DNA from: Longimicrobiales bacterium
GTDB taxonomy: Bacteria > Gemmatimonadota > Gemmatimonadetes > Longimicrobiales > Gaopeijiaceae
Reading direction: 5' to 3'
Assembly: GCA_965198065.1 (NCBI GenBank)
Contig: CBDAON010000004.1
Location: 1,088,001 to 1,152,000, forward strand
Length of the DNA stretch: 64,000 nt
Under the pieces are notes generated by a model. The model saw only the letters and a list, made by a program, of their open reading frames with translations. It was not told where the DNA came from and searched no databases. The number at the start of each line of letters is the position of its first letter. Within the stretch, counting starts at the first letter, position 1. The position numbers and the translations under genes are program-made. Positions 1 to 10,352 of this stretch are shown here, in pieces.

Positions 1-792
1 CTGGACGACCGCGTACGGACGGCGGCCCGTCCTCGGATCCTCGAGACCGAGCGGCTTCATGGGGCCGAAGCGGAGGGTATCCTCTCCGCGCCTGGCGAGA
101 ACCTCGATCGGAAGGCACCCCTCGAAGTACGGGACCTGGTCCCAGTCGTGCCCGCCCTCGTGGACGTCCGCTTCCACGATGGCCTGGACGAAGCTCCGAT
201 ACTCTTCCTTCGAGAACGGGCAGTTCAGGTAATCCGGATCCTGTTCGAAGCGCCCCTGCTCGAAGACGACGCTCCGGTCCAGCGTGTCCCCACCCACGAT
301 GGGAGCGATGGCGTCGAAGAAGCAAAGCCCGTCGTCACCGAGCGCTCGTCGGATCGAATCCGAGAGCGCGTCCGACGTCAGCGGGCCGGTCGCGACGACG
401 ACGGGGCCGTCAGGAAGCTCCCTGGCTTCCTCCCGGGCGAGCTCGATCTCCGGACGGCCCTTCACGGCGCGGGTCATCGCGGCCGAGAAGAGGCGACGGT
501 CCACCGCCAGAGCCTGGCCCGCCGGGACCCGAGTCTCTGCGGCCGAGCGGAGGAGGACGGACCCCAGGGCCGCCATCTCCCACTTGAGCTGCCCGTGAGC
601 GGTGGTCGGATCCTCGCTCTTGAACGAGTTCGTGCAAACGAGCTCGCCCAGGTCCCCGGTCTGGTGCGCCGGCGTGGCCCGCCCAGGGCGCATCTCGAGC
701 AGCCGAACCCGGTAACCCCGTTCGGCCAACTGGACCGCAGCCTCGCATCCGGCGAGCCCGCCTCCCACCACAGTCACGCCCTTCTCACCCAC
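1..792 (-). CDS. trmFO: FAD/folate-dependent tRNA m5U54 methyltransferase TrmFO (runs off window start)
   Basis: Manual translation from GTG at 792: MGEKGVTVVGGGLAGCEAAVQLAERG...ELVCTNSFKS, later YFEGCLP; typical topA-trmFO order. Not in the ORF track because it lacks a stop in the window. Confidence 0.92.
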   Translation of the reverse strand, partial: MGEKGVTVVGGGLAGCEAAVQLAERGYRVRLLEMRPGRATPAHQTGDLGELVCTNSFKSEDPTTAHGQLKWEMAALGSVLLRSAAETRVPAGQALAVDRRLFSAAMTRAVKGRPEIELAREEARELPDGPVVVATGPLTSDALSDSIRRALGDDGLCFFDAIAPIVGGDTLDRSVVFEQGRFEQDPDYLNCPFSKEEYRSFVQAIVEADVHEGGHDWDQVPYFEGCLPIEVLARRGEDTLRFGPMKPLGLEDPRTGRRPYAVVQ

Positions 793-802
793 CGACCTCT
801 TT

Positions 803-3502
803 TCAGACACCGGCCTCGTCCTCTCCGGAGCCACCACCCTCGCCCTCGGAAGGGGACGCCTTCCCGGGTCCCTCCCTTCCCTTCGTCTCTCGCCCCTTCT
901 TTCCACCCGCCTTTCCCCCACTCTTCCCGCTCGCCCCCTTCCCCTTCTTCGCGCTGGCTCTCGCCCCGGTTCCCCCACCCGTCCGCCTCGTCCGCGTCCC
1001 CGAGGTCGCGGCCCGCCCGCGGCGCTTTCCACGAGCGCCCCGGGGCCTCTTCCCCGCCGCCTCCAGGAGCTCGACGGCCTGCTCGACGGTGACGGCCTCC
1101 GGATCCGCTCCCTTGGGCAGGCTCGCGTTCAGGTTCCCATCCGTCACGTAAGGCCCGTAGCGGCCCGTGAGCACGTTCAGATCGAGCCCGCTCGCCGGGT
1201 GGGGGCCCAGCGCCTTGAGCACGGTGGGCCCCACCTTCTTTCGGAGGAGCTCGAGCGCCTCCTCGAGCGTCACCGTGAAGACCTCGTCCAGGCTCTTCAG
1301 GTTCCTATAGGTGCGAGCGCTCTCCACGTACGGGCCGTAGCGGCCGAGTCCCGCCGTCACCGGTTTTCCGGTCTCGGGGTCGAGGCCGAGCGTTCTGGGC
1401 AGCGAGAGGAGCCTCAGGGCCAGCTCCATCTCGACCGCGCCCGGCTCCACACCAGCCGGCAGGCTCACGCGCCGCGGACGCTCCCCTTCCGGCCCCTCGT
1501 CACCGAGCTGCACGTAGGGCCCGTACGGTCCGAACCGCGTGCGGACGGGGAGTCCGGTCGTGGGATCGAGTCCGAGCTCCCGGTCCTCGGACTGGTCTCC
1601 CTCGCCGTCGAGGGAGCGTGTGTTCCGGCATTCGGGGTAGGTGGAGCACCCGAGGAACCGGCCAAACCGGTTCCACTTCACAAGCATCGGGCTCCCGCAC
1701 CGGTCGCAGACCTCGCCCTCCGCGGCCAGGATCTCCTTCACGATCTCCTCGGAGGAGACCTTCCCCTCTTCCAGCCGGCGGCGGAAGTTCGGATAGAACC
1801 CCTCGAGCACCTCCTTCCACGGGACCTCTCCGTCCTCGACCCGGTCCAGCTCGCCCTCCATGCGCGACGTGAACTCCGGGTCGAACAGATCCGGAAAGAC
1901 CCGAACGAGGAGCTTCGCGACGGTGTCCCCCAGAGGAGTCGGGAGGAACCGCCGAGCCTCCATGTCCACGTATCCCCGGTCGCGGATGGTCGTGAGGATC
2001 TGGGCGTAAGTAGAGGGACGACCGATCCCGCGCTTCTCGAGCTCCCTCACCAAGCTGGCCTCGGATAAGCGCGGCGGAGGCTGCGTGAAATGCTGCTTGG
2101 GCTCGATCCGCTGGAGGGTGAGGACATCCCCCTTTTGCAGGTCGGGAAGCGGGTCCAGATCCTCAAGGCGCCGGTGCTCGCCCAGCTCCGTCGCTTCGCG
2201 GTAGAGCCGCGTGAAACCGTCGAACTTCATGACCGATCCGGTGGCGCGGAACCGGAACGCTCGCCCGCTCTTCCCGGAGAGATCAAAGTCCGCGGTCGTC
2301 GTATCGTAGACCGTCGGCGACATCTGGCTCGCGACGAACCGCAGCCAGATCAGCTCGTAGAGGCGAGCATCGGGCTCGTTCAGGTATCCCCGCGCGTCGT
2401 CCGGGTGGAGGGTTGGGTCGGAGGGCCGGATCGCCTCGTGCGCTTCCTGAGCGCCCTTCTGCTGCGAGCCCGTCCAGAGCCTGGGGGCGGATGAAGCGTA
2501 CCGGCTCCCCATCTGACCCTCGACCCACCGCCGGGCCGCACCCGCTGCCTCGGCGGCGACGCGAGTCGAATCCGTCCGCATGTAGGTGATAAGCCCCACC
2601 GCCCCCCGGCTTCCCAGCTCCACGCCCTCGTAGAGCCGCTGCGCCGCCGCCATGGTCTGACGCGCCGAGAACCGGAGGCGCTTCGCCGCCTCCTGCTGGA
2701 GAGTCGAGGTCGTGAACGGTGGGGCCGGGTTCTTCCGCCTCTCCCGGCGCTTCACCTCGCTGGCCTCGAACGGGAGCCCGGCGACATCGTCCACCACGGC
2801 GGTTGCCGCGGTCTCGTCCCCCAGCGTGAAGGTCTTCCCATCGATCTGGTGGAGCTTCGCCTCGAACGGCTGGGCGTCCTTCTCCAGGTGCGCCCTGATC
2901 GACCAGTATTCCACCGACCGGAAGGCTCGAATCTCGTCCTCCCGCTCGCAGATCAACCGGAGCGCGACGGTCTGCACCCGGCCGGCCGAGAGCCCCGGGC
3001 GAATCGGCTTCCAGAGGAAGGGGGACACCTGATAACCCACCAGGCGGTCCAGGACGCGGCGCGCCTGTTGGGCCTCCACCTTCTTCATGTCGAGGGTGCC
3101 GGGGGACTTGAGCGCGCGCTCGATGGCGGCCTTCGTGATCTCGCGGAACTGCACCCTGCGGAAGCGGTCGGGTTGCTTGTCCAGGCCCAGATGCTCTGCG
3201 ACGTGGTACGCGATGGCCTCCCCCTCGCGGTCCGGGTCGGTAGCCAGGATCACCGTGTCCACGTCCTTCGCCTTCCGTTTGAGCTCGGAGAGGATCTTGC
3301 CCTTGCCCCGGATCGTGACATAACGAGGCTCGAAGCCACGGTCTACATCTACGCCCAGCTCCTTCTTGGGAAGATCCCGCACGTGCCCCACCGAGGCCGC
3401 GACCTCGAATCCGCGGCCCAGATAGCGCCCGATCGTGCGCGCCTTGGCCGGCGACTCGACGATGACGAGATGCTTGGATCCGTTTCCGCTGCCCTTTGCC
3501 AT
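803..3502 (-). CDS. topA: DNA topoisomerase I with Zn-ribbon, C-terminal repeats and basic tail
   Basis: LVIVESPAKA, ATDPDREGEAIA, SAGRVQ, ITYMRTDS, GIGRPSTYA motifs; start trimmed to ATG 3502. Confidence 0.97.
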   Translation of the reverse strand: MAKGSGNGSKHLVIVESPAKARTIGRYLGRGFEVAASVGHVRDLPKKELGVDVDRGFEPRYVTIRGKGKILSELKRKAKDVDTVILATDPDREGEAIAYHVAEHLGLDKQPDRFRRVQFREITKAAIERALKSPGTLDMKKVEAQQARRVLDRLVGYQVSPFLWKPIRPGLSAGRVQTVALRLICEREDEIRAFRSVEYWSIRAHLEKDAQPFEAKLHQIDGKTFTLGDETAATAVVDDVAGLPFEASEVKRRERRKNPAPPFTTSTLQQEAAKRLRFSARQTMAAAQRLYEGVELGSRGAVGLITYMRTDSTRVAAEAAGAARRWVEGQMGSRYASSAPRLWTGSQQKGAQEAHEAIRPSDPTLHPDDARGYLNEPDARLYELIWLRFVASQMSPTVYDTTTADFDLSGKSGRAFRFRATGSVMKFDGFTRLYREATELGEHRRLEDLDPLPDLQKGDVLTLQRIEPKQHFTQPPPRLSEASLVRELEKRGIGRPSTYAQILTTIRDRGYVDMEARRFLPTPLGDTVAKLLVRVFPDLFDPEFTSRMEGELDRVEDGEVPWKEVLEGFYPNFRRRLEEGKVSSEEIVKEILAAEGEVCDRCGSPMLVKWNRFGRFLGCSTYPECRNTRSLDGEGDQSEDRELGLDPTTGLPVRTRFGPYGPYVQLGDEGPEGERPRRVSLPAGVEPGAVEMELALRLLSLPRTLGLDPETGKPVTAGLGRYGPYVESARTYRNLKSLDEVFTVTLEEALELLRKKVGPTVLKALGPHPASGLDLNVLTGRYGPYVTDGNLNASLPKGADPEAVTVEQAVELLEAAGKRPRGARGKRRGRAATSGTRTRRTGGGTGARASAKKGKGASGKSGGKAGGKKGRETKGREGPGKASPSEGEGGGSGEDEAGV

Positions 3503-3564
3503 ACGACTCCTGATACGTGAATGAACGAGAGTGGCGCCCACCTCCCGAAGTCCGGAGCTCATGT

Positions 3565-4194
3565 TCAGGGAGGCCGCCCGGGTTCCCTCGTCAGCTGCTC
3601 GGTCACGATCCGGACCACGTCGGCGGCGGAGCGCGACTCCGTGTCGATCTGCCAGCGGGCCAGCGCATAGTAGCGCTCCCGTCCCGAGAGGAGATCGCGC
3701 GCTCGGGCCAGCGGATCCGCACCGGTCAGGAGCGGCCGCTCCACTTCCTGGCGCGCGGTTCGTTCGACCGCGGCCTCCGGTGAAATCTGAAGCCAGATCG
3801 TGAGGGTCGCCGGATCGAGCCCCTCCATCCGCCCCTCCCGGCAGGGCCACCCGCCCCCCGGCGTGATGACGACTCGATCCAGCCCGAGGACCTCCTGTCC
3901 GACATCTTCCTCCAGGGCGCGGAACACCTCCTCCCCATCCTCATGGAAGATCCGGGGTATCGGCCGACCCGCCCGCCGTTCGATCTCCTGGTCCAAATCC
4001 ACGTGCCGCCAGCCCAGCCGGGAGGCCAGCTGCGGCCCGACCGTGCTCTTCCCGCTCCCCATGAACCCAACGAGGAGGATCCGCCTGTACGCGGGAACCG
4101 GGGCGCCGGCCACGGCGTCCGCTCGGACCGTCGTGGCCGAAGCCCGCACCGGCGCTCTGGAAGCCCTCGGCGTCTCCTTCGCCGAGCCCCTCAC
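3565..4194 (-). CDS. aroK: Shikimate kinase
   Basis: GFMGSGKSTVG P-loop, DLD, GGG, RPLL; GTG start overlaps aroC stop (GTGA). Confidence 0.9.
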   Translation of the reverse strand: MRGSAKETPRASRAPVRASATTVRADAVAGAPVPAYRRILLVGFMGSGKSTVGPQLASRLGWRHVDLDQEIERRAGRPIPRIFHEDGEEVFRALEEDVGQEVLGLDRVVITPGGGWPCREGRMEGLDPATLTIWLQISPEAAVERTARQEVERPLLTGADPLARARDLLSGRERYYALARWQIDTESRSAADVVRIVTEQLTREPGRPP

Positions 4195-5411
4195 CTCTCC
4201 CCCCAGCCGCGTTCCGACAGATACTGGAGGTACCCGTCGAGGTTCCGGCGCACCTCGGTGAGCGAATCCCCTCCGAACTTCTCGAGTAAGGCGTCGGCCA
4301 GCACGAGCGCGACCATGGCCTCGCCCACCACGGCCGCGGCGGGAACGGCGCAGACGTCGCTCCGCTCCGTCGCGCCTTCCTGAGCGGTGCCGTCGCGGAG
4401 GTCCACGGAAGGGAGGCGGTTCTTCATCAGGGTCGAGATCGGCTTCATCGCGCCCCGCACGACGATTGGCTCCCCCGTCGTGATGCCCCCCTCGAGCCCG
4501 CCGGCTCCGTTCGACGATCTGGCGAACCCACCCGTCCTCGCCGACTCGTCGCGCCTCACGATGGGGTCGTGGACCCTTGATCCGGGGTGGCGCGCCCCCT
4601 CGAATCCGAGCCCGATCTCGACCCCCTTGATGGCGTGAATGGACATGACAGCCCCCGCGAGGCGGCCGTCCAGCTTCCGGTCCCAGGATACGTAGCTCCC
4701 CAACCCCACCGGGACGCCCGTGGCCACGACCTCGAAGACCCCACCCAGGGTGTCTCCCGCCTCTTTCGCGGCATCGATGGCCTCGACCATCTGGGCCCCC
4801 GCCTCGGGGTCCAGCGTCCGGACAGGGGACGGATCCGCGGCGGCGTTCAGATCCTCCGGAAGCTCCTCGGGGGGGGTTGCCTCCACCCCCCCGATCGAGC
4901 GCACCCAGCTCCCGATCCGGATCCCGAACTCGGCGAGAAGTCGCCGCACCACGGCCGCGCACGCCACCCGCGCGGCCGTCTCCCGGGCGCTCGCCCGCTC
5001 GAGGATGTCCCGTGTGTCTCTCCGCCCGTACTTCAGGACGCCCACGAGGTCCGCGTGCCCGGGGCGGGGGAGGTAGAGGGAGCGGAGCGCCTTCGGGTTC
5101 TCGGCAGGATCCGGAGGATCGGGGCTCATCGCGACGGTCCAGTTCTCCCAGTCGCGGTTCCAGACCACCATCGAGATCGGGGAGCCTAGCGTCTCTCCGA
5201 GCCGTACGCCCGAGATCAGCTCGGCCCGGTCGGACTCGATCTGCATGCGCTTGCCGCGGCCGTAGCCCCCCTGGCGGCGGGCGAGCTCGGGGGTCACGTC
5301 CCGCTCCATCTCGAGGGAGAGCCCGGCCGGGATCCCCTCGAGGAGGGCGACGAGCCCCCGTCCGTGGGACTCGCCCGCGGTTCGGAAGGAGAGGGCGCGA
5401 AGGAGGCTCAT
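4191..5411 (-). CDS. aroC: Chorismate synthase
   Basis: TAGESHG, RPGHAD, RASARETA, MKPISTL, ERSDVC motifs. Confidence 0.97.
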   Translation of the reverse strand: MSLLRALSFRTAGESHGRGLVALLEGIPAGLSLEMERDVTPELARRQGGYGRGKRMQIESDRAELISGVRLGETLGSPISMVVWNRDWENWTVAMSPDPPDPAENPKALRSLYLPRPGHADLVGVLKYGRRDTRDILERASARETAARVACAAVVRRLLAEFGIRIGSWVRSIGGVEATPPEELPEDLNAAADPSPVRTLDPEAGAQMVEAIDAAKEAGDTLGGVFEVVATGVPVGLGSYVSWDRKLDGRLAGAVMSIHAIKGVEIGLGFEGARHPGSRVHDPIVRRDESARTGGFARSSNGAGGLEGGITTGEPIVVRGAMKPISTLMKNRLPSVDLRDGTAQEGATERSDVCAVPAAAVVGEAMVALVLADALLEKFGGDSLTEVRRNLDGYLQYLSERGWGER

Positions 5412-5564
5412 GGAATCAGTCAGACCTAGTGGATCGACCGGCGACGGCAGCGGGTGGCGCGGCCGTCGCTGGGGAGGAGCCTTCGGCCACCGAGGCCCCG
5501 AAGGTGACGCCCGGCCCGGAACGTGTCCAGGCCGGGCGTCGGAGACCCGCACGGAGGGTTACGG

Positions 5565-6240
5565 GCCTCACGGACCGGAAGTTACGTCGCCCTTCGTGAC
5601 GTTGACCACGTTGACTCCCCCCCCACCGCTGCGCCCATCAGCTTCACGACGATGCAGCTGTCGGCGGCCGCGGCATCGGTGTAGTCGACGCCCGTATACC
5701 CTCCGGACGTGATCGGTGCCGTAGCTGTGCACGCGGCCAGATTCTCACCGTTCAGCGGCAGCGTGGCGCGGACCGGGCCCACGATCAGCTCCTTCACGTG
5801 AACGCGGCCCAGAAGGGTGAAGTTGAACGTGTCGTAGATCTCGATCGTGTTGTTCCCGACCGGAACGAACGCCAAGCGGCTCCCAACAGGCTGCGTGCCG
5901 TCGTCGTTTACGATGTGCAGCGGATGCAGCGCCACGCCTCCACCCCCCGCGGTGATCGCGACCTCGCCCAAGAGCCTCAGCTCCGGATCAAAGAAGGACA
6001 CGAAGGCGTCTCCTCTAGCCGCCCCCAGGTCCCCGTCCTGGTTCATGGCGAGGCCGAGTACCCGTGTGTTGGCGTTATTCACCAGGTCGACCACCTCAAT
6101 CGCCCTCGAGGGTGTCTGGGTTGCCGCGTTCCAGAGGATGACCCGCCCTGTCTCGAGCGTCGCCCCCTCGCCGACCGCGATTCGGTTGCCAATTCCGGAC
6201 GCCGCTATGAAAGTCGTGTCGCTCAGCCCGAGGTTCTCTT
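5565..6240 (-). pseudogene. C-terminal fragment of a beta-propeller-like exported protein; no own start, frameshift in a G8 run near the end
   Basis: LSDTTFIAASG...VDLVNNANTRVLGLAMN...TIEIYDTFNF beta-strand-rich text; adding one G at the 5617-5624 run gives a natural-looking end GGVNVVNVTKGDVTSGP*. Confidence 0.5.
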
Positions 6241-6676
6241 GGGCAGCGTCTGACACTGCGCGAGGGTGATGCAGGAACCCTGAGCGGCCGCGAGGGGAGC
6301 GACGATCGAGTCCACCCCTGGCAGGAGCAGCGTAAGCCCGGCGGAGATCGATCCCCAGGGCCCGGATGACTTCCCTGCGGTTGTACGATGCCCTCGGCTG
6401 GGGGGCCTCCACGGGACCGGCGAGGAGCCTGGCCCGATCCAAGCCGTGGAGAGCCATCCAAACGACGGCTTCGTCGGCCGGTAGACCCACATCCCCCAGC
6501 TTGGCAGCCACATCCCCGGCGCTGGTCCGGCCGTCGCACGCCCGCCAGACGAGGCGAGCCGCCGGGTTCAGGCAGTGGGCCCGGTCCCGCTCCAGGTCGT
6601 AGACGACCGTCTCGTCGAGGATGTCCTCGATGATGAGCTGATCGGTCCGGGCGTTCGGAAGAGCGGCACGCGCCAT
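6223..6676 (-). pseudogene. PqqD/RRE-domain protein fused to a leader-like segment and Cys-containing tail, broken by a 4-bp GATC duplication
   Basis: ETVVYDLERDRAHCLNPAARLVWRACDG (PqqD-like); removing one GATC at ~6346-6353 gives NRREVIRALGISAGLTLLLPGVDSIVAPLAAAQGSCITLAQCQTLPKRTSG*. Confidence 0.7.
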
Positions 6677-6874
6677 GGCTTGTTCGGCTTCCGTTCGGTC
6701 GTGGCCCGCGGGACGGACGATCCGCCCCCTCCTGCCTACAATGAACCGGTCGCGCGCCGCCGTCAACGGATCAGAACCGTCCGAGCAGCGCCCCGGCCGC
6801 AACCGTACCGGAGCGGCGGGCGCCCGGCGAGCGTCCGCCCCCCCTCGACCCGGCTCCGGCCACGTCTTTGGCGC

Positions 6875-7234
6875 CTACTGACAGACGACCTGGCCGGGCG
6901 TGGCACCACCCGTGTGATCGTAAGCGCAGGTCCAGTTGGCCGTCGAGCTGTGGGTCGCAGCGATCGTGTACGTCGTTGCCGTCTGGCCGGCCACCACGAG
7001 AGCCACGCCCTGGGTCGCGTTGACCAGGCTCTCGTCACACCCCACGTAGGTGAAGCCGCTGTCCTGGTGACACAGCTCCATCGCGGTGCGGAGCTGGTTC
7101 ATGTCGGACTGCATCGTCGCCACGTACGCGCGCTCCCGGCTCTCTCCGAACCTCGGAATCGCGATGGTGGCCAGAATGCCGATGATCACGACCACGATCA
7201 TCAGCTCGATGAGCGTGAATCCTCTCCTGTCCAA
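6875..7234 (-). CDS. Type IV pilin (copy 1)
   Basis: G|FTLIELMIVVVIIGIL prepilin cleavage/methylation motif, 4 Cys, TTG start after GAGGGAGG RBS. Confidence 0.92.
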   Translation of the reverse strand: MDRRGFTLIELMIVVVIIGILATIAIPRFGESRERAYVATMQSDMNQLRTAMELCHQDSGFTYVGCDESLVNATQGVALVVAGQTATTYTIAATHSSTANWTCAYDHTGGATPGQVVCQ

Positions 7235-7352
7235 GGGACGTCCTCCCTCTTGAAGCCAAGAACGATCGGGCGAACGGTGAGGGCTCGCTCCGCTCGGTCA
7301 CCCAGTGTTGGACTTAGCGAGACTCTGGCAGGATGACAGGCCCGAAACGAGC

Positions 7353-7390
7353 GAGGGGCGGGGCGCCCTTCCAAGGCCACCCCACCCCCC
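7353..7390 (-). terminator. GC-rich hairpin between the two pilin genes
   Basis: GGGGGGTGGGGTGGCCTT-GG-AAGGGCGCCCCGCCCCTC; G-U pairs favour the minus strand; weak U tract. Confidence 0.5.
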
Positions 7391-7422
7391 TGTCCTACGC
7401 CCAGCTCAGGCCAGCGTGTCGC

Positions 7423-7782
7423 CTACGAACAGACGATCTGGCCGGGCGAGGCACCAGCCGTGTGATCGTAAGCGCAGGTCCAGTTGGCCGTCGCACTGTG
7501 GGTCGCCGCGATCGTGTACGTCGTCGCCGACTGGCCGGCCACCACGAGGGCCACGCCAGTGCTCCCCTGGATCAGCGTGTCGTCGCAGCCGACGTAGGTG
7601 AAGGCCGAGTCCTGGTAACACATCTCCATCGCGGTGCGGAGCTGGTTCATGTCGGACTGCATCGCCGACACGTACGCGCGCTCCCGGCTCTCTCCGAACT
7701 TCGGAATCGCGATGGCGGCCAGAATGCCGATGATCACGACCACGATCAGCAGCTCGATGAGCGTGAATCCCTTCCTGTTCAT
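7423..7782 (-). CDS. pilA: Type IV major pilin (copy 2)
   Basis: MNRKG|FTLIELLIVVVIIGIL motif; AAGGAG RBS; sigma54 promoter upstream. Confidence 0.9.
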   Translation of the reverse strand: MNRKGFTLIELLIVVVIIGILAAIAIPKFGESRERAYVSAMQSDMNQLRTAMEMCYQDSAFTYVGCDDTLIQGSTGVALVVAGQSATTYTIAATHSATANWTCAYDHTAGASPGQIVCS

Positions 7783-7861
7783 GACGATCTCCTTTCCTTG
7801 CGACCTGGCGGTACAGGCGACGAACGGATTGTTCGACTCGCCACTTCCGAGTGCCCTCTGG

Positions 7862-7877
7862 TGCAAGGCGCGAACCA
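7862..7877 (-). promoter_or_regulatory. sigma54 (-24/-12) promoter of the pilin gene
   Basis: TGGTTCGCGCCTTGCA: GG-N10-GC with TTGCA, 80 bp upstream of pilA; a sigma54 activator gene lies nearby. Confidence 0.8.
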
Positions 7878-8075
7878 GCATCCTCGCAGAACCTCACAAC
7901 TGTCACGCGGACAATAAGTTGCGACTGTTGCCGCTCGTTTCGTAGGCACCGGCGTTGTCGCGGCGGCTCTTGGATTCTGCAAGACTCTCGCAGGATGAGA
8001 GACGGGCGGCTGACGGAAACCGATCGCCCTCGGGGCCGGAGTCCGGCCTTCTGGGGCCTTCGGCAAAGGACCTCG

Positions 8076-10352
8076 TCAGCGAAGCGCCTGGAAGAGGCTT
8101 GAGTACGCGTCTGTCCAGCTCCGACCCCCGGAGGGGGCGAGGGCCTGCCATCGGGGGTCATCCAGCAGGCGGCCCACCCCTACCCCGCCCGGCACCGCCT
8201 CCGCCAGGACCACCCAGCGGGACGGGTAGCGTCCGGCCGGCTCATCCACCACGGAGTCGGTCGCCTCGTATGCGAGCACGCCGGCCTCGGCCGCGATATT
8301 GGCGAGCACGGGTGAAAAGTCGATGAAACGATTCGAGGTGTGGAACGCGATCCACCCGCCCGGGCGGAGGCGGCTCCGGTACAGAGCGACGGCCTCCGCA
8401 GTGAGGAGGTGCACGGGGATCGCGTCGGACGAAAAAGCATCGACGATGATCAGGTCGTACTCCTCCTCGATCTCCTCGAGGGAGAGGCGCGCGTCGCCGA
8501 GCACGATCCGGTAGGGCGCGAACGCGTCGGAAAGGAACCTGAAGTAGGTGGGATTCTCCGCAAGGCGCACGACCGTGGGATCGAGCTCGTAGAAGGTCCA
8601 GCGCTGGCCGGGGCGCGAGTAGGCGATGAGGGAACCCGTCCCGAGGCCGACCACGGCGACCCGAGCATCGCCCGGATCCCCGCGATCATAGAGGGCGCCA
8701 AACAGCGTCCCGGCTGGTCCGTCGGGGTGGTAGTACGTGAGTGGGACCCCGGGCTCCAGCGCGTTCTGCCCCCCGTGGATCGTGGTCCCGTGGCTGAGCC
8801 AGACGTTCTCCTCGTCCCAGTACACGCGGTGGATCCCGTAGAACGTCCGCTCTCTGAAGACGATGTCACCGCTCTCACGCGGCAGCGCGAATCCGACAAA
8901 GACGAGCCCGGCCACGCCCAGGCCGAAGGGAACCGGTCTCCCGGCGACCGCGAGGCAGGCGATGCCCGCGAGCGGCAGCAGAAGGCCCGGCTCGAGCCCC
9001 CAACGAGGAGCGGCCCAGACGATCGCCAGGGCGATTGCACCGGGTATGGCACCGAGAAGCAGATCGCTCGGGCGGACCCGCGTGCCCACGCCCTTCGCCC
9101 CCCATCTGGCCACGAAGGCGAAGAGCGCGAGGGCGAGGGGATACTCAAGGGGATCCTCGAACAGTACCGGCGCCAGGAGAGTGTTGAAGACCCCACCGAG
9201 CGCCCCCCCGAGGGCCAGCCAGAAGTAGAACTCGGCTAGCCGGTCCGGCCCGGGTCGGTCTCTCGCGAGCCTCCCGTGGCAGAGGAGGCCCGCCGCCGTG
9301 AGGATCGCGAGATCTCCGGCAATCAGGAGCCAGCCCGTCTCGCGGATGACCCCTCTGAATATTTCGGGCAGAAACGGGAGGAGGAGGAGGAGGAGAGCAC
9401 CACCCAGCAACCAAAGCCAGCGGCTCCCGAGCACTCCTCGGAGCGCGGCCGAGCGGCGACTCGGCTTGCCGCCGCTCGCCCTAACGACCCTGTGCCTCCC
9501 CGGACCAAACGCCACGACGAAGGTGAGAAGGTAGAGGGCCAAAGGGACCACCCACAGAAGCGGAACCGGGGCGATCTCGCTCGTGATATGCGTCGTCACC
9601 CCCAGGAGGAGGCTCGACGGGAGGAACGCGAAGACGATCCACATGATCCGTCGCTCGGCCGTGACCGGCGCCGTCGGGATCGGCTCGGCGGCCGGTGGTA
9701 CCGGGGTGGGCTCGACGGCCGGTGTCGGCTCGACGGGGCCCGGCGTCGCGCCCGCCGGCGCGCCGCGCGCCCCCCTGAGCATCATGCCCCCCGAAACCAA
9801 AACGAGGAGCCCCACGGTCGCGAACGAGCCCTTCCAGAGCACCTCCTGCTGATCCAGCGTGAGGAGCGGCTCCAACACGAGAGGGTAGGCCGCGAGGGCG
9901 AGAAAGCTTCCCAGGTTGCTCGCCGCGTAGAGGAAGTAGGGGTCTCCCCCCTCCTCGTGCCCCGAGTGGGAGAACCACCGCTGGAGGAGCGGGGCGCCCG
10001 CGGCGAGGACGAAGAACGGGAACCCCAGGCTCAGGGTCAGGAGCCCCGCCAGCCAGAGGACGGGCGCCGTGCCGGTGGGACCGGTCCAGAGGAAGAGGCT
10101 CCAGGGAATCCAAGCGACCGCGAGCGCGACGAGTCCCGCGTGCACCGCGTACTGGCGCGGGGGCCGGAGGCGGTCGAGCAGCAGCACGTAGCCGTACCCA
10201 GCGAGGAGCACGACCTGGTAGAACATGAGGCACGTGTTCCACACGGCTGGTGAGCCGCCCAGCGCCGGAAGGATCCGCTTCCCGTAGAGGAGCTCGACCC
10301 AGAAGATGAGGCCGGCGTTGAGGAGAACAGCGACCGTGAAGAGCGCCTTCAC
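8076..10352 (-). CDS. Fused membrane domain / spermidine-synthase-like SAM-dependent methyltransferase-fold protein
   Basis: Many TM helices then VAVVGLGTGS, YELDP, GDAR, DLIIVDAFSSDAIPVHLLT. Confidence 0.88.
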   Translation of the reverse strand: MKALFTVAVLLNAGLIFWVELLYGKRILPALGGSPAVWNTCLMFYQVVLLAGYGYVLLLDRLRPPRQYAVHAGLVALAVAWIPWSLFLWTGPTGTAPVLWLAGLLTLSLGFPFFVLAAGAPLLQRWFSHSGHEEGGDPYFLYAASNLGSFLALAAYPLVLEPLLTLDQQEVLWKGSFATVGLLVLVSGGMMLRGARGAPAGATPGPVEPTPAVEPTPVPPAAEPIPTAPVTAERRIMWIVFAFLPSSLLLGVTTHITSEIAPVPLLWVVPLALYLLTFVVAFGPGRHRVVRASGGKPSRRSAALRGVLGSRWLWLLGGALLLLLLPFLPEIFRGVIRETGWLLIAGDLAILTAAGLLCHGRLARDRPGPDRLAEFYFWLALGGALGGVFNTLLAPVLFEDPLEYPLALALFAFVARWGAKGVGTRVRPSDLLLGAIPGAIALAIVWAAPRWGLEPGLLLPLAGIACLAVAGRPVPFGLGVAGLVFVGFALPRESGDIVFRERTFYGIHRVYWDEENVWLSHGTTIHGGQNALEPGVPLTYYHPDGPAGTLFGALYDRGDPGDARVAVVGLGTGSLIAYSRPGQRWTFYELDPTVVRLAENPTYFRFLSDAFAPYRIVLGDARLSLEEIEEEYDLIIVDAFSSDAIPVHLLTAEAVALYRSRLRPGGWIAFHTSNRFIDFSPVLANIAAEAGVLAYEATDSVVDEPAGRYPSRWVVLAEAVPGGVGVGRLLDDPRWQALAPSGGRSWTDAYSSLFQALR

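Noticed and set aside
5582..6802. Single 406-aa protein
   Set aside because: Chimera of two fragments joined through out-of-frame sequence
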